From NCBI RefSeq assembly GCF_036321535.1, contig NC_087438.1, positions 3,908,001 to 3,972,000 on the forward strand: DNA of 64,000 nucleotides, read 5' to 3'. Positions within the stretch are counted from its first letter, which is position 1. The number at the start of each line of letters is the position of its first letter. Below the pieces are notes generated by a model, which saw nothing but the letters and a program-made list of their open reading frames with translations, searched no databases and had not been told where the DNA came from. The translations under genes and the position numbers were made by a program. Positions 35,819 through 48,130 of the stretch are shown here, piece after piece. Source of the DNA: Camelus dromedarius. Taxonomy: Eukaryota.

Positions 35819-38800
35819 CTGTCTCCCAGAGTTTATATAACAACTTCTATGTGAGAGACACCTTTTCTCTGACTTTTCACCATTAAAGCTGTTGCACTGA
35901 TGCTATATTTGAGCATTGTTACCTGTTTCCCATCTTTGTCTCTTAGTAGAGTATGAGCTTTTGAAGGCAGGAAGGGAGCCTTGTTTGTGCTTGGAAATCC
36001 AAAGTCAAGCATGAAATTTGCATAGGCCACCAAATGAACCACTAGATGCAGTTGCTGACTTGGTCATTGTTTAGGAGGAATCTCGAGAAATGGGAGGGCC
36101 AGCTGTGAGGGTAAGAGCATTGCAAAGCTCTTGACTTACAGGCCAAGAGTTTCCCAGGACTGTTTGTCACTCAGAGTTGCTCTGTGAGAGTTTATTTGCT
36201 GCCACTCTAAAAAAGATGAGCGCTAAACACCCCCTCATTGTAGTGCCCCATCCTTTCCTCAAACAGTCGGTGCAGTTGAGTTTTTGTGTGTGTTGTCCCT
36301 TCTCCAGGGACAAGAATATTAAGCCTCCAGCTTTGAGTTGATAAGATCAGAGAGACAATTATTTAGCTGGGATACAAGAAAGGGCAAGGTTTCCCAGATG
36401 TTTCACTGTTACAATTTAACCCTGTTTATTACCTCGCATTTTTACCGCCGTTTTTCAAAATGTACAAAATGAATTAACTTGGAGGGAGTCCTCCCATGTG
36501 GTCAAAGAAACAGTTACCTTTGTTCAGGATCCCGTGGCCTTCGATGTACTTTTCCCACCTGCCTGGTTGAAAATTCCACAGTAAGAGAAGTCACAATTGC
36601 TCATGACCGTGTAGGAAAAATCATGAGGGAGGCCTGGGGTCGTATTTAAATGAACGTTTGAGAGCCTTTCTAAATATATTTCTTTTCCCTGAAATAAAAC
36701 ATGCAAAACAGATATCAAATATTACTCATGACGTCATATGAAGCCTAATTAAAATGTTAGTTACTATGGGTTTATTGTCTATTGCCTTATAGAACATTTT
36801 GAAAAATTCTTCTTTGTCCTGGTATAAAGAAATACTTACCGACTAGCCTCTCATTGGCAATTTGCCAGTACAAGACATCTTTTTCTGTTGCTTTCCTTCA
36901 TCCTAGAGTTTGGGGCTCTCAGAATTGACCCTCCAGGGCCGATGATACTCACTCTTGCCTGCACAGGCAGATGCTGAAGTTTCAAATTGGAGAAGTCAGA
37001 ACTTGGCCAGAGGCAGAAAGATGGTGCAGAGTTGTGCCCCAAATTCCGGCGTGGATGGCCCTGGTAATGGCACCTCGGGGTGGGGTCTGACCTCGGCATT
37101 ACAGGCTCAGAAGTATGACCTTCATGCCAGGAAGGTCCATTTTTGGGGGCCATGCTCTTAAAAACCAAGCCCATGAGACACGTAAAACCAGAGGACCAGA
37201 TGGTTAATTTTATAACATGAGCAATCTGATTGCTATTCAGGATGAAATACTCCTGCTGGCAGAACCGGCACACTTTCTCCTTGTGAGTTAGACCCACATA
37301 GGGAAGCAACTCAGGTGGATCATCAGCGAGGGCGCCTGGTGGGCCTGCGGGCCAAGCGCGAGTCTGGGAGAGCTCGCGCTCACAGCGCTGTCAAAGGGCC
37401 GGTCTGGCCGACGGGGACCTGATGTTTCAAGCCCACTCCCGTGGACAGAGGGTGGCTGGGCGCACCAGGGTCAGCCCCCCTTTCACTGGCGCTCCACTGG
37501 GCTATCCCAGTGCCCCTAAAAAGGCCAGGCCCACAGGTCAATGCTCTGTCTATGCTCTGGGCAGAAGGCTCGTTCCCCTTATTCACTCATCTTCAACCTA
37601 CTCATCGGTGACAGTTTTGTCCTGAGAGACCTGTCACGCCTGCCCCTTCACCCCCATCATCTCATCTGGTCTTCAGCTTTGCAACCTTTTGAACCAGCAT
37701 TACTGTTGTAAGCTGCCAGCTGGTCTTCTGGTCCCTCTGAAGTCATCCAGTGATAGCAACTTTCTTCAGATAAATGAATATATTAAACCAGATTTTACCC
37801 AATTAGTAAGGGCCTTGAGCCCTCCCATCTTTTATGGACTGAATGGGCATGAGCCCAGGTCTTCATGCATCCCGGGGTACTCCATCTCGTTTCACACGGC
37901 TGAACCCAGGCACCCGGGAGTCGCAGTTTTCACGTTTAACTTGACCAACAAAGGGTGATGCAGACGTATTTCAGCCATTTACTGACTGTGATGTCTTAGG
38001 GGCAGTCCACAAGGGTGGGCGAGACAGGTGGTCAGTGGATGTGGCGTTGTCTTCAGGCACACCGGGGGGGGGGGGGGACAGCACAGGCATTTAGAAAGGC
38101 ACCAGATTCTGCCGCCATTGCCTGCAGGATGTTTTTCTTGAAGTGGGTTCCTTACTGTGTCTGATGTGAACAGCACACTGAGAAGCCTCATGCGACTTCA
38201 CCCTGCACATTCACCTCTGTCATGCCCTCCACTTTGTAAAGTGGCCTTTGTGTGCAGGAGAGGGGCTGCAGCAGTCTCTCTCAGCTTCAGCGGCTCACGG
38301 GGAGTCCGGATCTCCAGAAACAGAAGCCTCTAGATGTAATTAATGCTGTCACTTTCTTCATTTTCTTTAGATTTTTGCTGGAATCACATTAATAGAGACT
38401 ATGATGTGAAGATTTTCAATTATACGTCTTTGATCTTTATGGCACTAGTAAGACAGTATTCATTTTTTTAGGATTGGTAAGTTATGTTTTTTTCTGGAAA
38501 CATGTCCATTTCAGCTAAATTTCATACATGTGTGTATTTCATTAATTTCTTCCCTTACTTATTAGTTCTTTTCTTCAACTTATTTAGGCTTAATGTGCTG
38601 CTATTTATTTGTCTAACTACTGGAGATGGATGCTGCTATCAAAGAAAGAAGTCGCAGGAGGCAAGGTGCGCTTGTTCTGATGCTCTGGACAAGAGAGCAG
38701 AGCAAGCCTGGAAACGCGGCTGTGCTGGGACAGAGTGTGCGACAGCCTGTAAGAGCCGGGGCAGGCGATCAGCAAGCCCAGCTCAGCACAGGTGTTCCGA

Positions 38801-40000
38801 CCACCCACCCTGACAACAGGCCCTGGACCTCGGTTTTTGTTCCCGCAGGGGTGAGCCGGAGCTCTGTGCAGTTTCTGAGCCTCTCAGCGTTCCAGAACCA
38901 GCAGGTGCTCCTGGAGGGAAAAAGCCTACCGTGCTGGGCTCCCCCACCTGGCTTGCTTTCTCTCTCTGGTCTTGTCCCACAGCACTTCAGTAACGCTCAG
39001 CTCCCACCACCATTTCAGACATTAGAGCCCTAGTGTCTTCGAGCAAAACATGTTTTCCAGCTTTCCTACTTGTTCTCAGTGAAAACATCTGGTCTGTTAT
39101 TAAAAATGACATTTTTATTGCAGTTGTCATATTTAACCAATAGTTGATTTCAGTGATTTGCTGCCTGATAGATGTAGTTGAAAACACCTAGGCTAAGATC
39201 TCGCTTTCACAGACAGAGGATCATTGTCATGTCACATTTGCAACCTTTTCCTTTCCAGATCTCCTCTTCACCCTTCCGTTTGTAACTCGCCTTTGACATC
39301 TAAGCATTGAGTTCGTTTTGTTGGGTTTACAGCCACCATCCATCGTGTTTGTCCGGCTTACCTGCCAGCCTCCGTTTCTGCTCTGACTTCGGTGTGATAA
39401 GTGAGCACTCAGAGGTGTGCACATTAGACACAAAGAGCATTACAAACCTGCACCGCGGCTCATCTTATATGGGTTTTGGAAACTATAATCCTAAATTAAT
39501 TGTGCAGCTCTGCATAAGGCATATGCATCTTATTTATTTTACAACTGAAGTTTCATTCTCTCCCAGAGACGAACGCACAGATGCCATAGGGGCTGGATTT
39601 CAGTGACTCTCACTTAGTTGCTGACAGATGTTTAATTCAAAGTGGCTTTGCATGAATTCATAATGAGGAGCGAGGACAATTCCCTAAGCACTTCCTTCTA
39701 ATCACCTGTCACAACAACACGGGCGGCTGAAGGCAGCACACACGTGTAGGCAGCTGCTGCTAAGTCTTCAGGCTGATGTAGATGTTACACCATTAACTGT
39801 GAGTTCCCTGGAGGTCCCCCATCTCCCCGGCAGTGACCTAGTCCTGAGCCTGGGCTCGAGACTGGTGGGCGGGCACCCTCTGGTCAGAGCTCTGGAGCCA
39901 GAGAGACGGGTTGGTCTTAGGGCGTCTACCTGCTTGTCATGCTGGGCTGCATTAATAAGGCAGCAGACTCTGGGGCTTGGACACATCCACGGTCCTTGTG

Positions 40001-40008
40001 TCTCTCTC

Positions 40009-40060
<52 letters not shown>
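40001..40060. repeat. (TC)n microsatellite
   Basis: 60-bp TC run with one substitution. Confidence 0.95.
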
Positions 40061-40063
<3 letters not shown>

Positions 40064-40639
40064 TTCGCAGTCCCCACCCCTATGCTGTCTTTACTGCTCT
40101 GCTTCCGTCTTGATACCAGCCCTCCCACTGATTCATTCTTTCTTAGGGTCGTGCGGAGGTACTGTCCATTCAGCCACGTGAAGCGAAGCTCCTGTGAACT
40201 ACAATTGTTTCCAGGATTTGCTGCTGCTGGCTATTTGCCTGTTTGTTTTTTTGGAAAATTTTAGCTATACTGGAAGCTTCTGGAAGGCAGCCAATGCATC
40301 TTAAATATTCAATTCCCAGCAGTCAATTCAGTCCTTGGCACAATATAGGCACTTAATACAGTTTGAACAGATCAATCAGTAACTCACAGGCTGAGTGGGA
40401 TGATTTGCAGCTGCTGGAGGGAAAAGCCCCCCTGTGGAGGTGGAGGAGGAGGGTACCAGCGTCATTCTCCCAGGGGGCGCACCAGCCTCGCTTCCTGGCC
40501 CCTGCCCCTTCTGGCCTCTTCTGCTGCCTCCTTACACGTTGCCACCTCTCCCTGCTTGACAGATGAGTTTGCTCTTGCCATGACAGGACCACGTATTCTT
40601 TTTCTCCCAGTGTTATAAACACAGAATGACACCTATCAC

Positions 40640-40735
40640 TCATTCAGAAAACCTGGCATTTAACTCTCGCTCTGCCACTTTGGACAAGATCCTTCGCTCC
40701 TCTAAGCCCTGGCCTGCACACCTATAGATGGCATG
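40640..40735 (+). mobile_element. MIR fragment
   Basis: 'cagaaaacctgg...gctctgccactttggacaagatccttcgctcctctaagcc'. Confidence 0.55.
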
Positions 40736-43700
40736 GATTTGGCTACATAACACCCACGATCTCTTCCAGTTCTCAGATCCACACGTCTCTCCCAGGAGCA
40801 CTGGGAGACAGGCAGCCCCGTGTGAGTGAAGGATGCTCTCCTGGCTGTATCCCATCCCTCTGGGCCAGCTCACAACCTGTGCATGTGATGCTGGAACGTG
40901 CTTTCCTCATGGGTAATAGGGAGAGAGATGGAAGGGGTGACACGGAGTGTGGACATGACATGATTCGCTTACCTGGAGCCCACTAAGGGGAAGCTGCTGT
41001 CTTTGTCCTCAAATAAACTCAGCGATCAGGCAACACTTGGCATTCTGTAGGAAGCAGTGGATGTGTGTGACTTCTACGTGACAGCCATGCTGCATGCCGC
41101 TGCAGGAGGGCAATACGCACCCCTGCTGGAAAACTGCACAGTCAGGAGAACAAAGGATCTTGCGCAGCCCAGGTCCTGGGACGCTCAGAAGGAACTGATG
41201 AGAGGACAGACAGGGTCTTCAAACTCCTGGAGGAAAACTCCACGTGTGTAGAGGTTGTCAGCAGGATGGGCTCTGTGGCCTCCTGAACTGGACACCAGGG
41301 TGGCTGCCAGGTTTCCTAGGGACCCTGCGGGGTGGGGATGGTGCCCCCAAGGCGTGTGCTCAGAGGCCTGCTGCTTTTGCAGGCAGTATAATCTTAACAA
41401 CCACCCAGCCTGCACTAGATGTTTAAACAGCTGCCCTTCCTTCACTTAAATATTCTATATATTCCTCTCCACCTGGTGACAGTTATACTTCCTCCCAAAG
41501 CCTCCCCTGGGTCAGAAATGCCTGATCCTTGGAACCCATGGGAATAAAGGGACTTGGGAAGGGAAAAAGAGCTATTTGACAGTTTTGTAGGAAGCTGGCC
41601 ATGGCTGTACAAATTAGGTTTGCATGACAGAGAAGACAGAGCCATGACGATATGAAAGGTTGTTTCATAAAGTAAAGGAGATGGGCCTACTGAGCAAAGG
41701 GCATAAGACAATGCTCTTAAATCAGAGTAGAAGGAGAAGTGTCAGTAATTACGTATAAAGCCTCTAAGGGTGCAGGAGGCTGCAGAGGCTGGGGCCCGTG
41801 TCGGTGACGATTACCTCTTTGTTTTGCTTTGTTTTTAAGCCCAGGAGTGACTAGATGAAATCATAGGTTCAAATTACTTTCCATGGAGGAGGAATACACT
41901 TTGAACATATCTTTGAGGCATAAATGTGGTGATTACAGCTGTGCTCCACCATCTGCCCACTCACATCTCACAGTGAACGTAACTGGATAATTTTAAGTGT
42001 CTGTGATGAGTTAAATATCAAATTATACAGAAGAAAAGTAAAACCATCTCATTTAAGAGATTAAGTAAAGGCTACACTTTGGCATCACAGGAAGGAGGAC
42101 CCCTCGTCCAGACAAGGCCCTCTGGTCTCAACCTGCTCTCTGGGGAAGCCACCCCCACTGTCCTCAGAGTGGACAGGGTGATTGTGAGAGGGAGAAACAG
42201 CCTTGATCCCAGATCCCATCCAAGGAGCCACCAGCAAAGTCACTGAGGGCGGTCACAGTCCTGGGGCCCCCGGTGGTGAGAGCCTGGGTCGGGGGGCCAC
42301 GCCAGGACCACGGAGGCGGCATGGGTGGGTGATGACGGGGGTGAGTGGGTGGGGAGAAGTCACTAGATGTCAGCCCCAAACTCTGACCTCCTATCAAGGT
42401 CAGCCTGGCATGTTACTCCCAGGACCCACACGCCACTCACCCCTCATCTCTTTACCCAGATGTCCCCTTTTCGGAATGCCTTCCACTGATTTAAATTTGC
42501 AGCCACTCTCTCCAGCACCGCCTGCTCCCTCTCCACGATTACTTGTCTCCAAAATATCTATCATCTAAGCTGTTGTATATTTTACTTGTTTCTTTTATCA
42601 GGGGTATTTCAGTGCCTAGAAAAACGAAAATGCCACATAGCAGTTACTATTTATTGATTGAATAAGGGAAAAGACAGCAATTGTGAGTATCTTAAATATC
42701 CAGATTGGGCCAACAGAGCAACTGTCTAAGGAGTTAAGTTTGAGCTAAACACAGAAAACCTAGGTAATTAATAATAAAAACCAAAAGCATTAAAATTGTT
42801 CAAGATGAGTACATTGAGTTGGCCAAAGTATACATGTGTGTATATTTCATTTAGAAAGTGTAGATAATGTTATACAGCAAGAAGCAAAGAGAGAAAGTAA
42901 TTTTTGTAATCGGAGTCCACTTGATTGACAAGATAAAAATTGTCTTGAATATCCCATCAATCCTACTTTGTATAAAAGATAACTATTAATTTAAAAAATT
43001 GGGATGAGTTATTTTGCAAAATGAGAGTGTATTCAGCAGTTTTCTTTAAGAAAGACATCTCTGTATATCCCAAGGCTTATGGGATCTGCCTTTTAAGAAA
43101 AAAAAAGTAATCCTGGCTGTAAAAGTCAAGCATATAAATTCCCTTATAAACAATTGTCTGATAAACCTTTATACCTTTCCCCAAATGTGACTAAGGGCAG
43201 TGTCAGCTAGAATGTTTATTATTGTAAACCCGACATATTTATGTATCCATTTGGTTCTCTGTCCTCAAGATGATCACTCATCTATTCAGTCACTCAGTCA
43301 ATAAACATTAATCAATCAGCAGATATTGAGAGAGGGCCTGTTATGTGCAGGACCCTGAGTTACATATTACAGAGGATGAAATGATGGTCTCTCTACCCTT
43401 GCCAAGCGTATTTCTCAGATGGGGAGACAAGGTGCATTAGCATCCTCCCCACTGGCCCTCTGACTCCAAAAGCACACTACAGTCAAGCAAAAAGAAAAGA
43501 ACTGGGCCCCGAAGGAACAAGAGTGTAGACGTGGGGATGGGTGAGCAGCCTGGCGAGGCTGGCTGTGGTCTGTCGTGTGCAAGCGATGAAGGCAGGTTTG
43601 GCCAAGTGGAAGCAGGTTCTGAGTGCCAGTCGGGAGCCTGGACCTGACCCGTGACGCATCAGCGTCTTCACACTGAGGCAAGGCGTCAAGGGGAAGACTG

Positions 43701-45834
43701 GAATGGGATGGCCAGCCTGGGTGAATCTGCCAACGCGAGCTGCGCTGAGAAACAGTAGCTGGTCTTATAGTTCTTCCCCGAAAAGATGCAAAATGAGTCT
43801 GCAAGACACTGGATTTTGGGAGTAGTAATTGGATAGGATGTAGGCTTTCAATATGTTTGATTTAGAAAGACAGGGAGCTACCTCAGCACGGGCCAGAAAT
43901 AGAAAATAGTTCTTACAGGACACAGAACACTTGGTCTGAGCTTATAAATGAGATTGTTCAGGGCACCAGGCTTCCATCTGTAATATAATCTTTTCCAGCC
44001 AGCATGTGACTCAGCTGGCTTGGAAGGGTCTGGGCAAGCAGTGAGACCACCTGGGCATTTGACAGGCTGCAGGTCCTCCACCCTGAGCCCCTAACTAACG
44101 CTACGACATTGCAGGCGAGCCACGATGGTAGTTCCAGCAGATATGTAATGTCCGGCACCTATTGGAGGCTGAAAACCACAAAGGACCCCTTTCAAGTCCA
44201 GTTTCCCATTACTTACTTGTGCTCTGCTACACCTCCTTCTGCTCTTTGGTGAAGGACAAAAAGGTGGATTTTTAAGCAGCTGATCAGGACACAGAGAGAC
44301 CTGCTGGCCGGGACCTCCGAGTCCCACGTCCATCGAGGCCAAATCGCAGCTGAGAGCACAGACAGCAGGAGAGGAGCTCCAGCACCTGTGTCTCGTCCCC
44401 ACGCAGGTGCAGGACAAAAAGGCCCGGACGCAGCCGCGAGAGGCTGTTGGAAAGGAGAGCTCCTTGCTTCACTGTAGGAGCGAGAGCTGCGGGGCACAGC
44501 TCAGCCTGGAGCTCCTTTCCAGCAAGCTGCTCGCTTACTCCAGTCCATCCCATGTGCCCACAGTCTGCAGCGAGACTTCCAGGACATTCCCCGAGGAGAA
44601 AGTGGTGGCCGGTTCTCACACACACGCTACAGGCCAGAGTCAGCCCCCACTGCCACCCACGGACCCGAAGAGTTCTGCTCCGTTGTGCTGCACAGAAGGT
44701 AAACCTAGTTCTGGGCGTGGCTTCAGGAATGTCGCCTTCCCCGTCTGCATAACCCACCCGAATCCCTGGTGTCCTCTGGAAATGACCAACGCACGAGCGC
44801 TTCTGAGGCGGGCTGACAGCACCATCTTCAGGGATAAGAAGAGCGACAAGAAAAGCACACCGTGTGCAGGGAACAGCAGGGGTGTTTCTCCCCCAAAGTC
44901 CCAACGTCCCACAGTCGCTCAGACACACCTTCCTGGTTTAATCTTCCTCCTGCTTCCGTGATAACTGAGTGTCAAAGGGCCGAAGTTAGAGTCGAAGAAA
45001 ACCAGCTGTGGACTCTCTCTTCGTTTTCATGTTATGCAGACTCAACTCTCCCACCTTATACGTAATAGCAACGATTTTTAATTGGGGTGAGTAGTGTGCT
45101 CTTAGTCTCTCCAATGTAAACGCTAAAAATCCTTTCTCTGTCACACGAAAAGGCTGCAGGGATTTTGTTTTTAAGTGCTGGTTGCGGACAGCAGCTGCCT
45201 TCTGGCCCACCTGCAACTTCAAAGACCAGGAACGGGCTGTGCTCCCAGCCAGACAGGCACAGTTGGCCCGGGCAGGGCTCTGGGCATCACCTGCAGCCTG
45301 GCCCACGGAAGCCTGGCAGAGCCTGCGGGCAGCTTCCTGCTCCTGGGCAGGTGGGGAGGGAGCAGCGGCCAGGCGGTTCCCAGGCGCTTTCCCAGACACC
45401 TGGGCTCGGCTCGAGACCTGCTGGGCACCCACCTGTGCCTCCAGGGCTGGCAGTGCTCTGGCGCCCCCTCCCCAGCAGCAGGGGTGATGGGGAGCTGCTC
45501 TGCTACGACCCTGGCAGGCTAGCACGTGGCACAAAGCTTTGGCAGGGAAGACAAAGGGCGGTTCGCTGAGTCCCTGTCCGACTTCTGCTGGCACGTCCGT
45601 CCCTGCCCTGGCTGGGGAGGCATTTTTTAGACACACTGGGGAATCCAGTGGGCTCTCCCATCTCCCACGTAGCACTGGCCATTCTCCCCCAAATCCATGC
45701 ATTTCTACATGTGCCAATCCTCTCTCCTTCTCTCTGCTCCCTTCCTCATTTCTTCCTCTTTTTCTATTTTCCTCCCTTCACTTCACAACCTCCCCATCTG
45801 TTTATTCAAGCCTAGATTCCTACTTTACAAATAC

Positions 45835-46184
45835 TTTTTCCTCTCCCATTTTATCCCTCCCTCGCCCCCTTCCCCACCTGGTGACCATAGGTTTGTTTTC
45901 TATGTCTGTGAGTCTGTCTCTGTTTTGTAAATAAGTTCATTTGTGTCCTTTTTTTTCTTTTTTAGATTTCACGTATAAGTGGTATCGTATGGTATTTTTC
46001 TTTCTCTGTTTGACTTACTTCACTTAGATTGATGACCTCCAGGTCCATCCATGCTGCTGAAAATGGCATTAATTTATTCTTTTTATGGCTGAGTAGTATT
46101 CCATTGTATAAATGTACCACAACTTCTTTCTCCAGTCATCTGTTGATGAACATTCAGATTGTTTCCATGTCCTGGCTGTTGTAA
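45835..46184 (-). mobile_element. Relatively young L1 3' region (camelid/cetartiodactyl type)
   Basis: 'gtttgttttctatgtctgtgagtctg...gtaaataagttcatttgtgtc...ggtatttttctttctc...tccaggtccatccatg...ggctgagtagtattccattgtata'. Confidence 0.88.
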
Positions 46185-47176
46185 GTTCTTGGTTTTAAAA
46201 TCCTGTGGGGAGAGAAATAAAGCCAGACCTCTCAGGTAAACTGGTCTGAACTGGCTTCCTTTCTAATTCTTTATTCATTTAAAAAATCGGTGCATTCTAT
46301 TATTTTAAGTGCCAAGTCGTATCAGAGGAAGAAACAATGTTATTGGTCCTGTCTTCAAGGCTTCTACCATCTCAGACAGGTGCCACCACTGACCAAGAGC
46401 CAGGCCGTGAGGAGGGGGCTGGGCAGGGTCGCCCAGGAGCTGTGGGTCAATGGTGAGATGGGTCCTGTTTGCATCACAAGACTAGTGCTCACTCTGGGTC
46501 CCGAGACCTGGGGAAGGGGCATGGCTGTCTAGGAGGGGTCACTGGAGAGAGGACGGTTGTCCTGGCACTGAGGTCACAGACACAGTGGGCAGGGAGCAGT
46601 GTCCTGTGCAGGCCTTCCCTTCCACCGTCATGGAAGTGAGGGCATCCGAGGAGGAGAGCCCAGAGCCTTGGGACTCACGATTGCCAGGCCTTAGGAGCTC
46701 CCGGAGGGGCTTCTGGAGACGTCCAGGGCACGGGGGGTGGGGGGTGGGCTGGTGTAGGGCCCTGATCCCTGTGTGCACCTGTCCCCTCCACTTCTATCCT
46801 GCGTGCCCCCACGGCACCAGAGCCCAGACGCCACAGCAGCTGCAGCAGCCCGGCGTCCTCCTGAGGGGGACACGTTAGGAGGTAAATTTGGACAGAGTCG
46901 CCCTCACCAGATGGGGAGGGTCCTCCCTCCGTGCCCCCATCTGGTGGCCCCAGAGTGACCGATGCGGCGGAGGCGAGAGACAGGAGGGGTGGAGGAGAGC
47001 GGACCGGGGACCACAGCACGTCTGGGCTGAGCCTCCACCTGCTGCACGGCTTACAGATCTCCGCTTCCTCCCGCCTGCTCACTGGCGCTGGAGCCCGCGA
47101 AGGAGGGATCCCAATGTCTTGAGAAGAAGGAGTTTAGAACAGAGTTGAGGACTGCTCTCTGAGCAAAGCAATATTC

Positions 47177-47252
47177 TTCCTTCCTTCCTTCCTTCCTTCC
47201 TTCCTTCCTTCCTTCCTTCCTTCCTTCCTTCCTTCCTTCCTTCCTTCCTTCC
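47177..47252. repeat. (TTCC)19 / (GGAA)19 tetranucleotide microsatellite
   Basis: 76-bp perfect run followed by TCCC units. Confidence 0.95.
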
Positions 47253-47364
47253 TCCCTCCCTCCCTTCCATTCTTCCGTTCCCATACCCCTTTACTTAGAA
47301 AGGCCCCGGTCACGTAGGTAGCAAGTCAGGCTTTAAGACTGTTGGATGGACTTAGATGTCCCAC

Positions 47365-48130
47365 TGCCGACGCCCTCTTGGCGAAGACGAGACTGCTTCA
47401 TCCACACGCAGACGTCAGGGCCTCGGGTGGACGCCTGGTTTCCTCCCTCCCCTCTTCCCAGTTCCCATCGCCCCCCTGAGTGCTGTCAACGTCAACAGTA
47501 TTTGCAGCGGCCCCCACCCCGAAGGCCGCTCTCTGAAGAGGCACAAGCCAGTTGGAAAACGCGTGCACGGCTGCGCGGGCTGCAAAGGGTTCTCCCGGAA
47601 AGCCTGGCTGTTGTGTCCCTGGGCCCCCCAGGCCCGGAGCCGGGAACGCGGACTCTCGCTTCCGCCGGCAGAGGGCGCGCGGCAGCTTGGCCGGGGCGCC
47701 CCGCGCGGAGGTCCCCGCGCCCCGGGGGTGGCGTCTGCCAGCTGTTCGGTGTCAGAACTGCCTTTCGCTCGTGCCAGTCAGCGCTGTGCGCTGGGCGCGC
47801 TCCGCGGACCCCAGCGAGCCCGGGGACCGCCCCTCTTGGGGACCACTAGTTACTGCGCGGAGACGCAGAGCTGGCCTCCCCTGAGCCCTGGATTTGAGAG
47901 GCGCCCCAAGCGCTGCCACGTACAGGCTGCAGTTGGGTCCGCTCACCTGCCAGCGGGACGGCGACCCGTGGGCGCCCTGGTGGGGCCCACTTCTCGGAAG
48001 GTGTGCGGTCTGCTACTCGTGGTTACTCCCTGCAGGGCCCTGGAAAACTCCGGAAAACTGCGAGTCCCAGCGGTTGGACTCATCGGATGCACGGTGGGGC
48101 CCTGGCCCACCCACCTGGGGCCTCGCCACC
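47365..48130. promoter_or_regulatory. CpG island, probable promoter or regulatory element
   Basis: Highest GC and CpG density in the window (many CGCG, GCGC, CCGG). CTCF-like CCGGCAGAGGGCGC at 47665-47678. Minus-strand donor CAG|GTGAGC at 47947/47946. Confidence 0.75.

Noticed and set aside
36840..36902. Minus-strand donor GTAAGT with frame EKDVLYWQIANERLV
   Set aside because: The acceptor is weak and frames from the better acceptor contain stops; it overlaps an NFI-like motif instead.
44284..45717. ORFs of 184-243 aa on both strands
   Set aside because: Same GC-composition artefact; no domain and no coherent exon structure.
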